A stretch of 64,000 nucleotides of DNA, taken from the NCBI RefSeq assembly GCF_001949145.1, contig NW_019091355.1, forward strand, positions 1,554,546-1,618,545, read 5' to 3'. The position numbers and the translations under genes are program-made. The notes under the pieces are model-generated. The model was given only the letters and a program-made list of their open reading frames with translations. It was not told where the DNA came from and did no database searches. Position 1 is the first letter of the stretch, and each line of letters starts with the position of its first letter. This document shows, one piece after another, positions 13,380-26,300 of the stretch. Source of the stretch: Acanthaster planci. Lineage: Eukaryota.

Positions 13380-16141
13380 AATAGTTATTCTAATGACAAT
13401 TGGCCTGCTGATTTGGGCAGTTGTTTCCTGAATGGTTTTCGGAAAGCGCTTTAAGGAGAAACTTCTACAGAAGCCACAGAAAACCCCATTTTTTTTCCCA
13501 ACATCCTAAGACCATGTGCTCAGAAATGAAATGATGCAGATATACTGTACAGGGTAAGCCTCCAGAAAGTGTTAAAGCTGAAAACTTTGTAATCAATCCT
13601 GGGCCCGCAGTAGCCAACTGTTGAAAATTGACCTTTATTTCCTCGGTAAAGCGTTCTCTACTCCAGTGTAAAGACCCAATGACATAGTGCCCATCATACG
13701 TGTTGTCATACCCAACAAGGCTCGCTCCATGTTTACAGCAACACCTGGGAAAAACAGCGCTTCGATGAAAGCCACGTGTCTTGAAGGCCGGCTATAAACT
13801 TTCAGCACCTCATAAAAAAGGACCGCTTTGTCTTTATAAACGAAAATTTGTTATAGGAGCTTTGGCATATCAGATTGCCCAGCAAAAATAACATTTGGGT
13901 AATTGATGAAAGATTAATAAAGGTCGCTTTTGTGTCGCTGACGGTTTGCGTGACGAGGTGGAAGTGTATCCAACGACAAACTCAGACGGAGTGCAAATTT
14001 TACAAAATTAATCATTTGCGAGATAGGACACAAAATGCAACGAGAATGCTCACATTTAGAAATCACATCGCAACTTGAAGTATTTTAATATCCAGGGCGT
14101 TGACAGTGCTATGGTTGCAGTATTCGCCTAACATTAAAAATACGTAAATTAAACTGGAAGTCAGGTGGGAATAAAAATGTCATTTTTACAAGAAGAAAAT
14201 TTCATGAACCCTGAAACTTGAAAAATAGACATTGGAGTTTTGAAAATCAAAACGAAAAGAGAAAGATAAAGAGTCTTCAAATTAAGCACATTTATTTTTA
14301 TAAAAATATGCAATAACATTACAATTTTATTTTTTTAACATACAAAGCGTTTGGAGATAGTTTGGGATGACGTTTTCTTCAATGCTTGAGAATTTCAAAT
14401 CGCTTCGCCTCTAGTTCTAGATTCAAGAAACAAGAAATTCAAGAGACCTTCAATTCCGAACCTCTCAACGATAAAATTCTGAATACAGAGAGTGAAGATG
14501 TTATGGACAAAGAACAATTATGTCAAGTGCGTGCGCACAGTATAGTGAAACATCCGCACTGATCAATTACCACTCTGTTCTCTGAATGCTTCCGGTGGAA
14601 AAAGTTCCCAGAAACTTCCATCTGAACCAGCTCAATTCTCAGGCAAACAAAACAACATCGACCATCCACAAAAGACTTAGGTTCAAGCTCTGTAGCCCAG
14701 ATGCGGCTCAGCATTCGCGTGAGAAAACAAGACCCTGCAACGCTGCACTACCGCATAGCCGTCTGTTCATTAATTAGCACTTTCCCGATTAAAAAGTCCG
14801 GTGAAAGAAACGCCAGGCATTGTCAAAGCTGCAATTCGTATTCCGACTCATGTCTCCTTTTTCTTTTTGGTCGAATTACGGAAACAGGCGGAACCTATAA
14901 GCTTTGAAGATGTAATTAGAACAATTATAGGGAACAAACATCGCTGGCACCTTTCTATAGCTTATGCGTGACGCTAACGGAGCACGTTTGGTTTGTCTAT
15001 ACACGGGACACCAAAATCAGAAAATTGTATGGAGTGCCAATTCTATCTTAAAACGACCCAGTCGACAAAGTATGGTTTTGAGTCAACAATTTCATTTAAA
15101 CGACTTTAAATCGTTTTTTCAATTGACGACTGAATCAAAACAAAGTGGAAGTGGTGTGAAACAGATGTGGACGTCGAATAAGTCTGAAAAGATGAGATCT
15201 ACCGAATAATTAGGGAAACAATATTATTTCTCTAGAACCAGTAGACTAGGTATAATGTCCAAGGGCTTACCAATGACGAAGGGTGTTCGCTAGGGACACA
15301 TTTCTTTATTGGTTATGCGTGTTCTGCATCTCTCGAGATAAATCCAGAGGCACGGCGAATAAATAGCTTTAACGAGGTTGTTTTGTTTTCCTCCATGGCG
15401 CGCCATACCTATCCATCCTGATTGGCCACACACCTGTGGCATTATATGGAGTGTTTACGCCAGGTGGTAACAATGCAGATTAGGGCTTATTCCAAACCAT
15501 TAAGCACCCTCAAAGCCCCACCAGATTCTTTTGCCTTGTTCGGTATTGCTGGGAAAACAAAATTCCAAATGCCTGGCACTCGAGCCAAGCGCCGATCACA
15601 CGTAATCAAAGATTGTCGTCAATATTTTCCCCTTACCCTCGTCCATTCCAGCGACAGGTTTCCTTTCTTTATTCTTCCTAGTTCGCTGGCAAGTAACAAG
15701 TTCGCCAGAGTCAGCTTGTGTACACGAACCGACGACTGTTCCGTGATGCAAACGCATAAAAGGTTTGGAACGGAATGTCGCAGAGAACAAAAAATAATAA
15801 CGAAACTATATGTACCGAATGTAAATAATTGCAGCTTAAAAGTGTTACTTAAATCCTTGCTAAATTCTGTATGGTACTAGTTTGTCGACTCCTGAGCCTA
15901 TTTTTTCCTTAATTTCGATAATAGGCCTACGTGTTTCTTGAAAACTAAAGAAATAACCATGTCATATCATCATCAAGATTTGCCCCACACAGTATTTACT
16001 GATGAATAGATGCATAACCTTCGCAAGAACGAAGAAGTTTTTTGCTGATTTTATCAGTACAAACTGGATCGATGCATATCATTCCAGGTTTTTACATGAA
16101 ACAGCCGTTGTTTTTATCACCGGACAATAGAGGTCCATCTT

Positions 16142-16156
16142 GGCGCCAGGCTGGCG
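16142..16156 (+). promoter_or_regulatory. Candidate Smad activating element GGCGYC-N5-GNCV
   Basis: GGCGCC AGGCT GGCG in the Pinhead-Admp intergenic region. Confidence 0.35.
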
Positions 16157-19100
16157 GGCGCACCTGCGCGGCATTAAATCAAGGAATTGCTCCCCGTTCA
16201 ATCAACGGCCGCCCCGTTGTCAAGGCACGAACTCAACGTCGTGGTGGGCCAGCACTGAACGAGCTTTTTGTGTGGTGTTACGACCCAAGGACTTGCCAAG
16301 TGGTATAAATTACCTCGAAGCGGTATTAATTCCCTCCTCGAGTGATACCCTGGAATTCGTTGTCATTCCTGGCAACGACAGAAACTGGCATTTTTTTTGC
16401 CCATCCTGGCAACATAGTTTGAAAAAAGTGCTGCGAAAACTCTGCGTGAGAATTTTTTACCGCCAAATTATGGATTTTCTGACTTTATATTTTTATTAAA
16501 ACTTGAATTCAGAAACAAAATATATCAGAGAAACCAATGAACAACGTTGTACCATTAGTGTTGCCTACAATAAAAAAATCTGTCCATGTTATTATCTCCT
16601 TTGAAATTGAAATTAACCTCTAAGGCATTCTGAAAAAAAGGTTTGCAATTGTGACTTTCTACTGATGGTCAGATTTTATGAGGGTTTCAACTAAGTGTCT
16701 GGTACTGGCATTACTGAGAATGTACAAAGAAAACAAAACTTCTTCCAAAATGTTTAGAGGAAATTGAACTGGTTATTGCTCTCTTAGAAGTGCAACAGTC
16801 AATTGCAACAGCCGGGCATCTTGCACCATTCTGGGAAATAAGCGATTACATGCAGACAGCGACAAATGATACCGTTGTGCGTGTTAATTCACGTGGGTGG
16901 CACATAGTGGGGATGTCTTCGTCTTGCACGGGGATATTTGATGGAGGCATTACGCCCACAGTAAAATCTCCTTGGGGATAGGTTACCTCCCCCCCCGCAA
17001 TATTTTATAATTTATTACGCATGGCATACGATTCGCCCAATTACCTTGAAACGAATGTGCTAGTTTTCACCTTTGCTAGAATACAAAATAGGCTTCTTTA
17101 TAGAAAAACAGACTTAAGTAAACCTAATCTAAAACAAGCCATGAGAGTAACCGTCCTAGCGTAATTTGAATGAAATGAACCTCAAGTCGCGGAGACAAGC
17201 ACAGATCTAGAAACATTTCCGTTACGTGACTGATTCATCTACTTAGACAATTGTAATGTGCTTAATCATAGCAATAGCTACATACCGATTATACTTACGC
17301 GGTATTATACATTTAGTAGAAACTGCACTGTGGATTTGTTTCTTTGTCTTACTTATTTTTCTTTTCATTCTTGTTGGGGTGTCGTTTTTGAGCACTTCTC
17401 AAAACTGTTTTTGAAAAACGCACTAACGACCAGTGTGGAATGTCTGTAAGGAACCACAATTTTTTTTTTCATAATTGAATTAGCAGACAGGAATCTGTTA
17501 ATATGCGTGCCCGGTGTGCAGTGCGCAAACGAAGGGTCCGTGCCCTTATGGAGGTTTTGTGACCGGAGTCAATTCTCACTGAAAAAAAAAAATCAGGCCC
17601 TGGGCTCAGGAAAAATGCACGTGCGACATTTTCACAGGATTTGGTGTGTCGGGCGATTAGCGGTGACCATGCTATTCGGCCCGGGGGAGGGTGCCAGCTA
17701 TCCCAAGCTTGGATAAGAGGGAGATTGTCCAACAACAACATCGGATCGGCAAGATACGGGAACTTCGGATTAGATATTCCGGTGAACCGTCCGCGTTTTG
17801 GGCTTATCTACAGACTGGGAGTTTGGCCCTTTGCCGGTAATCTTGCAGGGCCCAGATCCAACCTAGTCCCGCTCCTAGGCTTTTACCAAGAGTACGGTAA
17901 AACATGTCAATGAGATTATGAAAATTCAACTTTCGATTTTTTTTTATTTCTGCAAGACCTTTGACGACACGAGCAGACAAATTCTTGCACAGTAAGAATT
18001 TATTGCTATTAACACTTGACCTTATTTAAATTAACAATCAACAATTTCCACCGTGTGGAAACTCTTTTTGAAGAGCTTTGAAAGGGTAGGGGGAAACGAC
18101 AGTTTAGTTTTGTTTTTAGTTTTTTTTTCACTTGAAACTTCAGTTCTCAGCAATAATTGTGTGGTCAGTGAATCAAATTTATGATCGGAAGTCTTCCAGA
18201 AGAACGGTCCGACCTTGGTTAACCTCTTATCCACCAAATCGGCAAAAGCGACAAACTTCGAAACTAATCATTCAAGCGTTGATTGCTTCTCCGGCTCCCG
18301 TCGTTGTTCGGAAGTTGCACGTCACTTCAGATATGAGTGGGCATAGCTCACGCAACTGAGGGCGGAAACCACGCACGGAAAATGCTTCTCTTGTGTGGAA
18401 GCCGGTGTCTGGGAAAGTCATTAACCCGTCGTAATCTAAAGGCATTTTCCTTTTTTTTTTTTTTTTGCTGTTTTAGATTTACAGACCTTTGGCGCATGGT
18501 CCTCAGTATGCCGTGACCGCAGTGACACTCAAGGATGGCATTTCAAGAAAAAGATACAAAATACTTGGATATATTTCTGTACATAACATTTGTTTAGTTA
18601 CACTTACAATTTGTTGAAATAATTGCTATTAGAAGTAAATGAAGAATTTATCTAGCCATACCTCCATTGACTGTTGATGCAGATCCGTCTCACTCACTCA
18701 GTATCCAAGAAGAGTCCAGGATCCTTACAGAGTTAGTTTGGCGGAGAATTTAGCGACCTGCAACCTCGAGTGACCTCAGACTTCACAGGCCTGCAGTACC
18801 AGATCTAAATATAATATTTAGCCAAAAATGGGTTGAGCTGATTTAGTTCTTCCCGTGGCATGATCATTTTTCCCATCTGCGGTGCGAAACGACATAAACC
18901 TGTACGAAAGGCAGTGTTGGTGGGCGGGACAAAGTCGCATATGATTTCCCCATTAACCTTTTATCAAGAAGCGATCGTGAGCTAGTGGGTACTTTTACAC
19001 ACGTTTGATTTATAGCTCTTCCCGCCGTGTGCCCACCTAGCTGAGGGAACTTTTTGGGAGCTTGGTGTGGAGTTTGAAGGCAACTCTTAGCTAATGCATG

Positions 19101-19475
19101 GGTTAAATGTCAGTCGTCAGCATGAAATGACGGTGCTGTATGTTCAATTAAATATCGGAAATTCATCTTCTTTATCTTTATTTTAGCAATAGGTTGTTCC
19201 CTCTTATTTATTGCGCCAGATTTGCACTGTCGTGTCGGGTGCAGTGTCACCATTCTGAGGGAAAACTTTGACAAAAAGGAAGATTCGTTTCAGAAGAAAG
19301 GGAATGGAAATCATTTTGAGTAAGAATTAACGTCGTGTTGCATTCAGCCAGACATTGGCCAGTGCTGCCCTCGAATTAACGAGCTTAGCTGTTGGCCGCC
19401 TCTCTAGCATTGCTGGAGAATCGGACGGAGAGCCTGCCCCAGGCTAGGCGTTATGAGTCAATAGAAGACCGTGCC

Positions 19476-19491
19476 GGCGCCACGCAGTCTG
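19476..19491 (+). promoter_or_regulatory. BMP-responsive Smad1/5-Smad4-Schnurri element GRCGNC-N5-GTCTG
   Basis: GGCGCC ACGCA GTCTG, an exact consensus match about 850 bp upstream of the Admp ATG. Confidence 0.6.
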
Positions 19492-19819
19492 GGCACAAAG
19501 GTATGTGGTGCCCTTTCAATTTGAACCCCGGGAACAGAAAGAAAGAGGGAAAAAAACTTGTCAGGGACTACCCTGAACGATCCCCACAGGAGAATTGCCG
19601 CGGCGAAGTCAGCTAGTTCACCGGCGACAACCACACCTGCACCGGGGCCTATTCACCGGCCGAGAGAAGAAAAAAATCTTGTCGGTGAGAGAGCACCCCC
19701 CGCTAATTGGCACTCTAAACTCAATCACAATATTAATTGTGCCCTATTCGGGGAGGGTGCGAATCTGACACCTTTGGTGGATTACGGAGGGGATACTTCT
19801 GAGTACGATCCCGCGTCAA

Positions 19820-20095
19820 AGGGGATTGGCCAGCGGAAAGAAGTCCACGTATCATTGGCTGATTTGCGTTTCGCCCGAGTAGGAACCAGCCACCTGGAAT
19901 ACGTCAATCAACGGCAGTTGACAGGGGAGAGACGGGCCAGCGGACTGCTCAATGTGTCCGACCGTATAACGTAGCGTCCAACAACCGCACAAGAAAGCCC
20001 TAACTAACGCGTCTGATAATATACGAGTGGCTATAAAGAGGGAAAAAAGAAGGTTCATAACATTGGTTGGGATCTCAAAGCGAGTCAGTTTGTCT
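19820..20095 (+). promoter_or_regulatory. Probable Admp core promoter
   Basis: TATAAAG at 20032-20038, reverse CCAAT boxes (ATTGG) near 19825 and 19854, Inr-like TCAGTT at 20085-20090. The start site itself cannot be fixed from sequence. Confidence 0.4.
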
Positions 20096-20331
20096 AGTTA
20101 CCTGCCTGCGCGTGGAGCTGGAGCATAATACGACTGGGCGTTGGTGAGAGCAGTTGCATCTCCGAGGGAGGCCTGCGAAATCCTACAACTACCTGTGACA
20201 GAACTTTCGACTCCGTGCGCACACCTGTATTTGCCAAGCCGTACACACTGATCAGTAAGCTTTGTATCACTTGCTGTAGGCTATCAGTATTGCGAGGCAT
20301 AGTTCTTCGAGTTGTCCACCAACGACACAAG

Positions 20332-23300
20332 ATGCTATTCCATCCTCGGTCCATCATCCTCCTTGTGATAACTGTCTGTCACCTTACGGTATCGCTCCCA
20401 CATGCGATAGCTAAGGCCGTGCCCCGGTCGGGCGAGCTGGTGAGCGCAACGCACCCGTCGAGGCAGCGAGACCGCCCCTCCCCGCCGTCCAACCTCCCCG
20501 ATGCGGTCCTGACCGGCTCGACATCCGCCAGCACCGGCCACGAGTCGAACGTCATCATGACGCAGCAGAAGGAGCAAGTGCTGGGCGAACTCTTCCGCGC
20601 CTTCGGCTTGGAGAACAATACCTTGGAGCAGCCGGCACGTCGCCCAGAACCCCCACCCTTCATGCTGAATCTGTATAACTCCGTCGCCGACCCCACCTCC
20701 GGGAAACTGAGGATGCCCCGACCCTTCAACGCCAACACGGTTCGGTCCTTACCGGATAAAGGTAAGACTTCATCGTCCCCGTTAAATTTTAAACTTTGTT
20801 TGATTTAGCTGATTGGAGTTACTTGTATGCTGGAATGAGAGAGCGCTATGACACAACCCTAGCCTTTTTTATAAGAATGTTTTAACATGGAGCTTTGGGA
20901 GTCCACAAGCAAATTGGGACAGCCTGTTTCTTCGTGGAACACTGCGTGTTATCTCAGCGTACTCGTAAAAAAAGATGTCCAATGTTAACCTTTGCAATGA
21001 GCATCAGCGCAGACAGAGGGCATAGCGGTATTTATTTCAACAGCGCATGTATACCACAATCCTCTGACACCATACAGGCCTATTAAATCAATCAAAAATC
21101 AAGGTGCTGCTCCGTGTCGGCACAAAGACGGTGCCCAAAGGCCGAAGCAAACTCAGCCATGCGTGATTCCAAAAACTTGTCAGATTTGTTCAACCGCGTC
21201 CGCCCCTGTTCGTGCGCGAGAAAAACACCCCCATTCAGCCCAATCACTGTCCTCTTTGTCTAGGTTTATTGGTTATCCCTGTCCCTCTCTTCGCACGAAT
21301 AATTACAGTAATGAAGTAGGCCATATCGAACCACAGTCAGCATATTGTCTCCAGTGAGGACTGACTCAGGATGCATGGGTGACCTTTTCACACCTTCTTT
21401 TTTCCCCAATGCATTCTCCTATTCTGTAAGCGCTCACGACCCGAAACAGAGGACGCAAGATGCAAATTAATAAGATAAAGCTAGAGGAGCCTGAGCTAAC
21501 TGTGCAAGCAGAGGAATCGTTCCATTCTGACCTGCCAATCACATTTTTGGTCCAAATTTACCAAAAATTTGTACCATCGTGCGAAAAGGAGTAGTCACAT
21601 GCCTATGTACACGAGACCCCGTGTCATGAGAAAATGAAATGCATGTGGACTTGGGCCCAACTCTAAGACTATTGGCGCGCTTTATAATTTTTTTCAGGGT
21701 TTGTGGCGTTGCTCACTTCTGCAGTTAATCAAATATAAATCACATACTCGCGTAAACTCGTGCACCGGAGCAACCATAAAATATGGAATTCTTCGCGTCG
21801 CTTTATTTCTGATGTAAACCGGTTTGCCGCCTGTAATTCTATACGTGTGTTACACCAGCCACCCGTCCGTGCACCAATTAAACTCTCCAGGTGAGGATAA
21901 TGAAGAGAAGAGGGTGAGAGCGGCCTCAGGGTACCCGCGGGTCCTCACACTCACTTACCGCCGTGATTTACGACTTGTGGCGGAAAATGACAAGTTATTA
22001 TTTTGTTAGGGAACACCTGGAGTAAATTTTCCCCCATTACTGACGCGCTGTGACACCTGAAATATAGAAGTGAACTTTGTAGAGACGTTGATGATGTGCA
22101 TGGCTATCGATCGAACCCAAAGTGCAGAAATTATGAACACGTGGAAACAGCAACATTGGTCTTTCAGAGTTAGGGACTGGGATGGATCCTGATTTTGCCG
22201 AGAACTTACGCGATGCGTTCTTGGCCCGAAAACCGTCCGTGTGTGACGTAGCTTTTCTCCTGCCCAATGTCAATGTCTTGTAGTCACACCTTTCTGTGAA
22301 GGTGAAATAGGGTCTACTGACATGTTCCGTCAAAGTGCCACGGGATAAAAAAAAAGTCTGAATTATTCTTCTCAGCTGACGGAGCAGAGCGACATTGCTT
22401 GGGAAAGTCTGCTTTATTGCGCGTGTTACGCATGCGCAGTAAGTTTGCACGCTTTGGGGCTGGAGCAGGGGATATGCGTGAGCTGCCTAACAGTCTCACA
22501 AACATCATATTATTTCTACATCAATTACCAAGATATTTCCTCAACTGGGGTCCATAAAAATTCATCGTTCGATCATTGTAATAACTAATATCCGTTGGAT
22601 TATGTATGTTAATATTGTATGTATTGTGTTCAGTGACTTTTCCACTAAAAAAACCTCTAACACTCTGAGGTGTAGTTATACAGAAATTTCAACCATCTCA
22701 GAACAACCATCCCAACCAAACGTCACTTAACACTGTGGGTTGAGATCTATGCAGCATTCACTTGTCATAAATTGGCCTCGCAAAAGTATCCCCATAAAAG
22801 CCGGTTAACCGGCGCATGGCTGCCTGCTGAGCTGGGGTCAGCTCGGGCTAGAAGTACACCGTTGCCGACCGTACCTAGCGGTGCTGAAGCGGGACGGTCT
22901 GTTGTTAGCGAGGTCGGCTGTACTTTTTGAACAGTGCAAATGTAGCTTCTCCCTCGGTATCTCGGCAGCCAGTGTTATTTTTGACAGAGCAGGAATACTA
23001 ATAACATGGTATGTTTTTGATTGACGGTAACTCGGTAGTAGGTTGATGAGCTATGAGCTGGTTTGTACTTTGACGGGCTGGCTGATTGGTCCGACGACGT
23101 ACCCCGGCAACGCCGAAGATATCACTGGGAGAGTTCGCAGTTTCTTAGACTGGAGAGTTTTTCCTTCCTCCGTCCTTCGACGGATACACTTAGGTATCTC
23201 CCTCAGTACTGTGGAGATGAAATTGCATCGGAATCAACGTTTTTAGACGAGCCTCAAAGACTAAGTTGACGAAATGATGCATATAAGCCACGGGGTGTCA

Positions 23301-26300
23301 GCAACTGGCCTTTATGACGGTCCTCTAAGCCCTCAGTAACTCTTCCTTTGAGAGACTGTTAATCACTTTTTCTCCCAGGATCTGAAGACTTTCATAAAAC
23401 AATATTTTACAAAATCTGCAACGGTGAACATTTTTGACACGACAAAACCTCAATTCCAGCCGTTAACGGTACAGCCTCAAAAGACTTTATCAGACTACAA
23501 TACGTGTGTCAAGGACGTGCAGAGTACATGTACGTGGAAACAGCGCTGGAAAAAGAACACAGCATTTCAAGGACGAAAACCAACCGTGCAAAAACTATTT
23601 CACGGTGAGAGTAATACATTCTTCCGATAGTTACACCAAATAAGGTGATGCCACAAAAGCATCAAGATCCAGACCCTGTCTAAAGGGTTGCTTGCCACCA
23701 TGCTTAACAAAATATTGACAGGCAGAAATGGAAACCAGTCGAACAACAGACTTGCTTCTACAATAAGCAAAGGTATCTTCGCATGACAAGTATTTGCGAT
23801 GCAGTCTAGTACCCTACAGGCGCAATCTTCGGTTGATGAGTCTGTACCCGTCACATCTTGCATGCTCTTGAAATAAAATCCCTTTTTTAAACCACCAAGA
23901 TTTTTTTCTACGTAGATCATGGAACCTAAGTAGTGGTTGCAATCACACAATGCTTGTGACAAATTCACTCGATATACACAAACACGTTCACTGCGATGAC
24001 AAAAGCAGGGAAAACGTATTGCAGTGATTGTGCAGGTATAGTAACAAAGTAGAAGTCGCCGCTGTTTGAACCTCAAGATCAGCTAGACCTTTTAGTGGGA
24101 TGAGTTCATCGCGATTTTACCTTTAAACGCAGGGCGATACAGTCTCGCTCTGTGCTATGTGACCCGTCAGCTTTCAATCACTTCGCAACAGTTTCGCAAA
24201 CGATCTGCGCCCTACGTCTCGCCGAGTACGGCCTGCTCGACTCAACGTCGCGAGGAGCGGTGCGTTGCCGAGTGCCGTCTTTCAGTGGGATCATCGCTCA
24301 AAATCACTCGCCCGAGCTAATTTAAACGACTCGTGTTGTACAAACGCATCCCCAGCGCGCGGGATCGGAGGGCAGGCGAGGTTTTTTCTTTAAACAAAGG
24401 CAGCCGCTTGTCCCGATATCCACGTCTGTCTACAGGACGATAGATCCTGAATTAGATGTCTCGGAGGGTGGCGATGAGAAACAAATTGAAGTTCATCGGC
24501 CTCTTAGGTAGTCGGGTGAAGAAAAATGCTTAGAATGATAGGGTTAGCAAAAGGATCGCACTTGTAATCGCAATGAAACGTGAAGTTACAAACACGGTCG
24601 ACCTTCATTGAACCAAGCATTGACTAAACGTGGATTTGGAGTTCTATGTGACATTTTCCTTGATGCAAACCCTGCATGCCAGTGGCGTAGGAATTAATGC
24701 TATTTTCAACAGTTAACAAGTACCGTAATCGGGGCCTTTGTACCTCTAAGATTGCTCGTGATAAGGAAAATGTGAAAGATAGGAAATGTTTAGGGACTGT
24801 ATACTTCCCAGAAGTGGCGTAACCGGGGTGCACTTTTGCAGGGGGCACGTAGGAGCCCTCATCTCTGGAGCCTAGGCGCTCAATGGATTCGGTCACAGTT
24901 GAAACACTGACCGAGGTGGACTAGCACCAGATTTGTCCTTTCTCTAATTTCTGAGGGGGAAGGTGGCACATGGGGACGTGTCTCCATGCCCCTTTGCTTA
25001 TGCCCTTGATTTCCAGTCTCTGTACTGAAAGTACGACGACGGGTGTGCTGTTGGATTTTGGAGGATTCCAGATTCCTCGAAAAGATATGCCAAGTAACCT
25101 ATATGGTTGGAAACGAAACGAACCGAGGTGGAAAAAAAAACACGTGATTCCAAACTGACGTACTTTCTCAGTTTGTTTTTCGCTCACAAGAAGCTGTAGT
25201 CGACCACTGAAAAGGGTAATTGAGTGGTGTACTCGATATAGCGTTGAGTATGACACTTGCTCAATGGATATAGGCATCACCTGTTGTCGAGGCCTAGGCT
25301 TTCCTTGGCACAGGTGTGCACGTGTTTGTTGACACTGGCCCTCGTCTTACACGATTATTACTCATAATTATTTGTTACACTGACAGCGGGGTGGGTTCGG
25401 GTTATCCACACATGCCAATACCTCAGGCCGCAAACACGTACCGTCAACTCTTCCTGCGTCACCCCCTTGTTTCGATGGGTAACCTTCCCGCTCTTTAAAG
25501 TTCACCTTGAGCGCCAGGATGGAAATGTTGGGTGCCAGACAGATACTGCACCATGTGGAGCCGTGCTACCTCCTCAAGGGGTATTATATGCAGGGCTGAA
25601 TATAGGAACCTTGAACTACTTGGTCTTCAGTCCTCAGGGGGGACAAGTCTTACCCGTGACTTAACCACATTATGACACTGATCCAAAGCACATTATTTTT
25701 TCTCTTCCCAACCCTGACTCATATGTGACAATCCTTGACCTTGACTTCTAGAAGAGTTCAAGATGATAGATGCAGTTTGCTCTGTGCCCTTACCTTCTAC
25801 GAATGAAACACAGTGTTTGCGTCATTGAATCGAAAGCGAGGCTACCCCTGCTGTTTAGTTTTCGGGATGAATTTAATGCAATAGTAGCCGTGACAGACAC
25901 AATCTCCTGACACGTGATGAAGTTCCTTTCAACAGCTCATTTCTCACGTAGGTATGACCCCTCCCCGCCTAAAAGCCTTCCTCGATGCGCAGGGGTCCTC
26001 TTTATATTCAAATCAGGTTTGGGTGCAAATAAATCCTAGGGGAATGTCAACCTCGCCGTTTTTCGGCGCATTCTTCGAAATAACGGAGAGCCAGCGTTGT
26101 AAACCAGCTCCGCCTCTATTTGAGGCTTTCGGCAGAATCGATTTGAAAAACAACAAACGGACATGGGGTTCTTCAACTACATGGTTATAGTTACGGATTT
26201 AGAAACAAGACACTTGGTGTTCCGCACAAGCAGTTTACAATTACAAAATTTGTACACGGTTGGGAACTCAGGGAATGGTCAAGGTCAGCGAATCTTCCGT

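Noticed and set aside
20215..20331. Upstream extension of the Admp ORF in the ORF track
   Set aside because: GTG start; the signal peptide begins at ATG 20332.
23600..24076. 158-aa minus-strand ORF and other ORFs in Admp intron 1
   Set aside because: No domain-like features and no transposase or reverse-transcriptase motifs.
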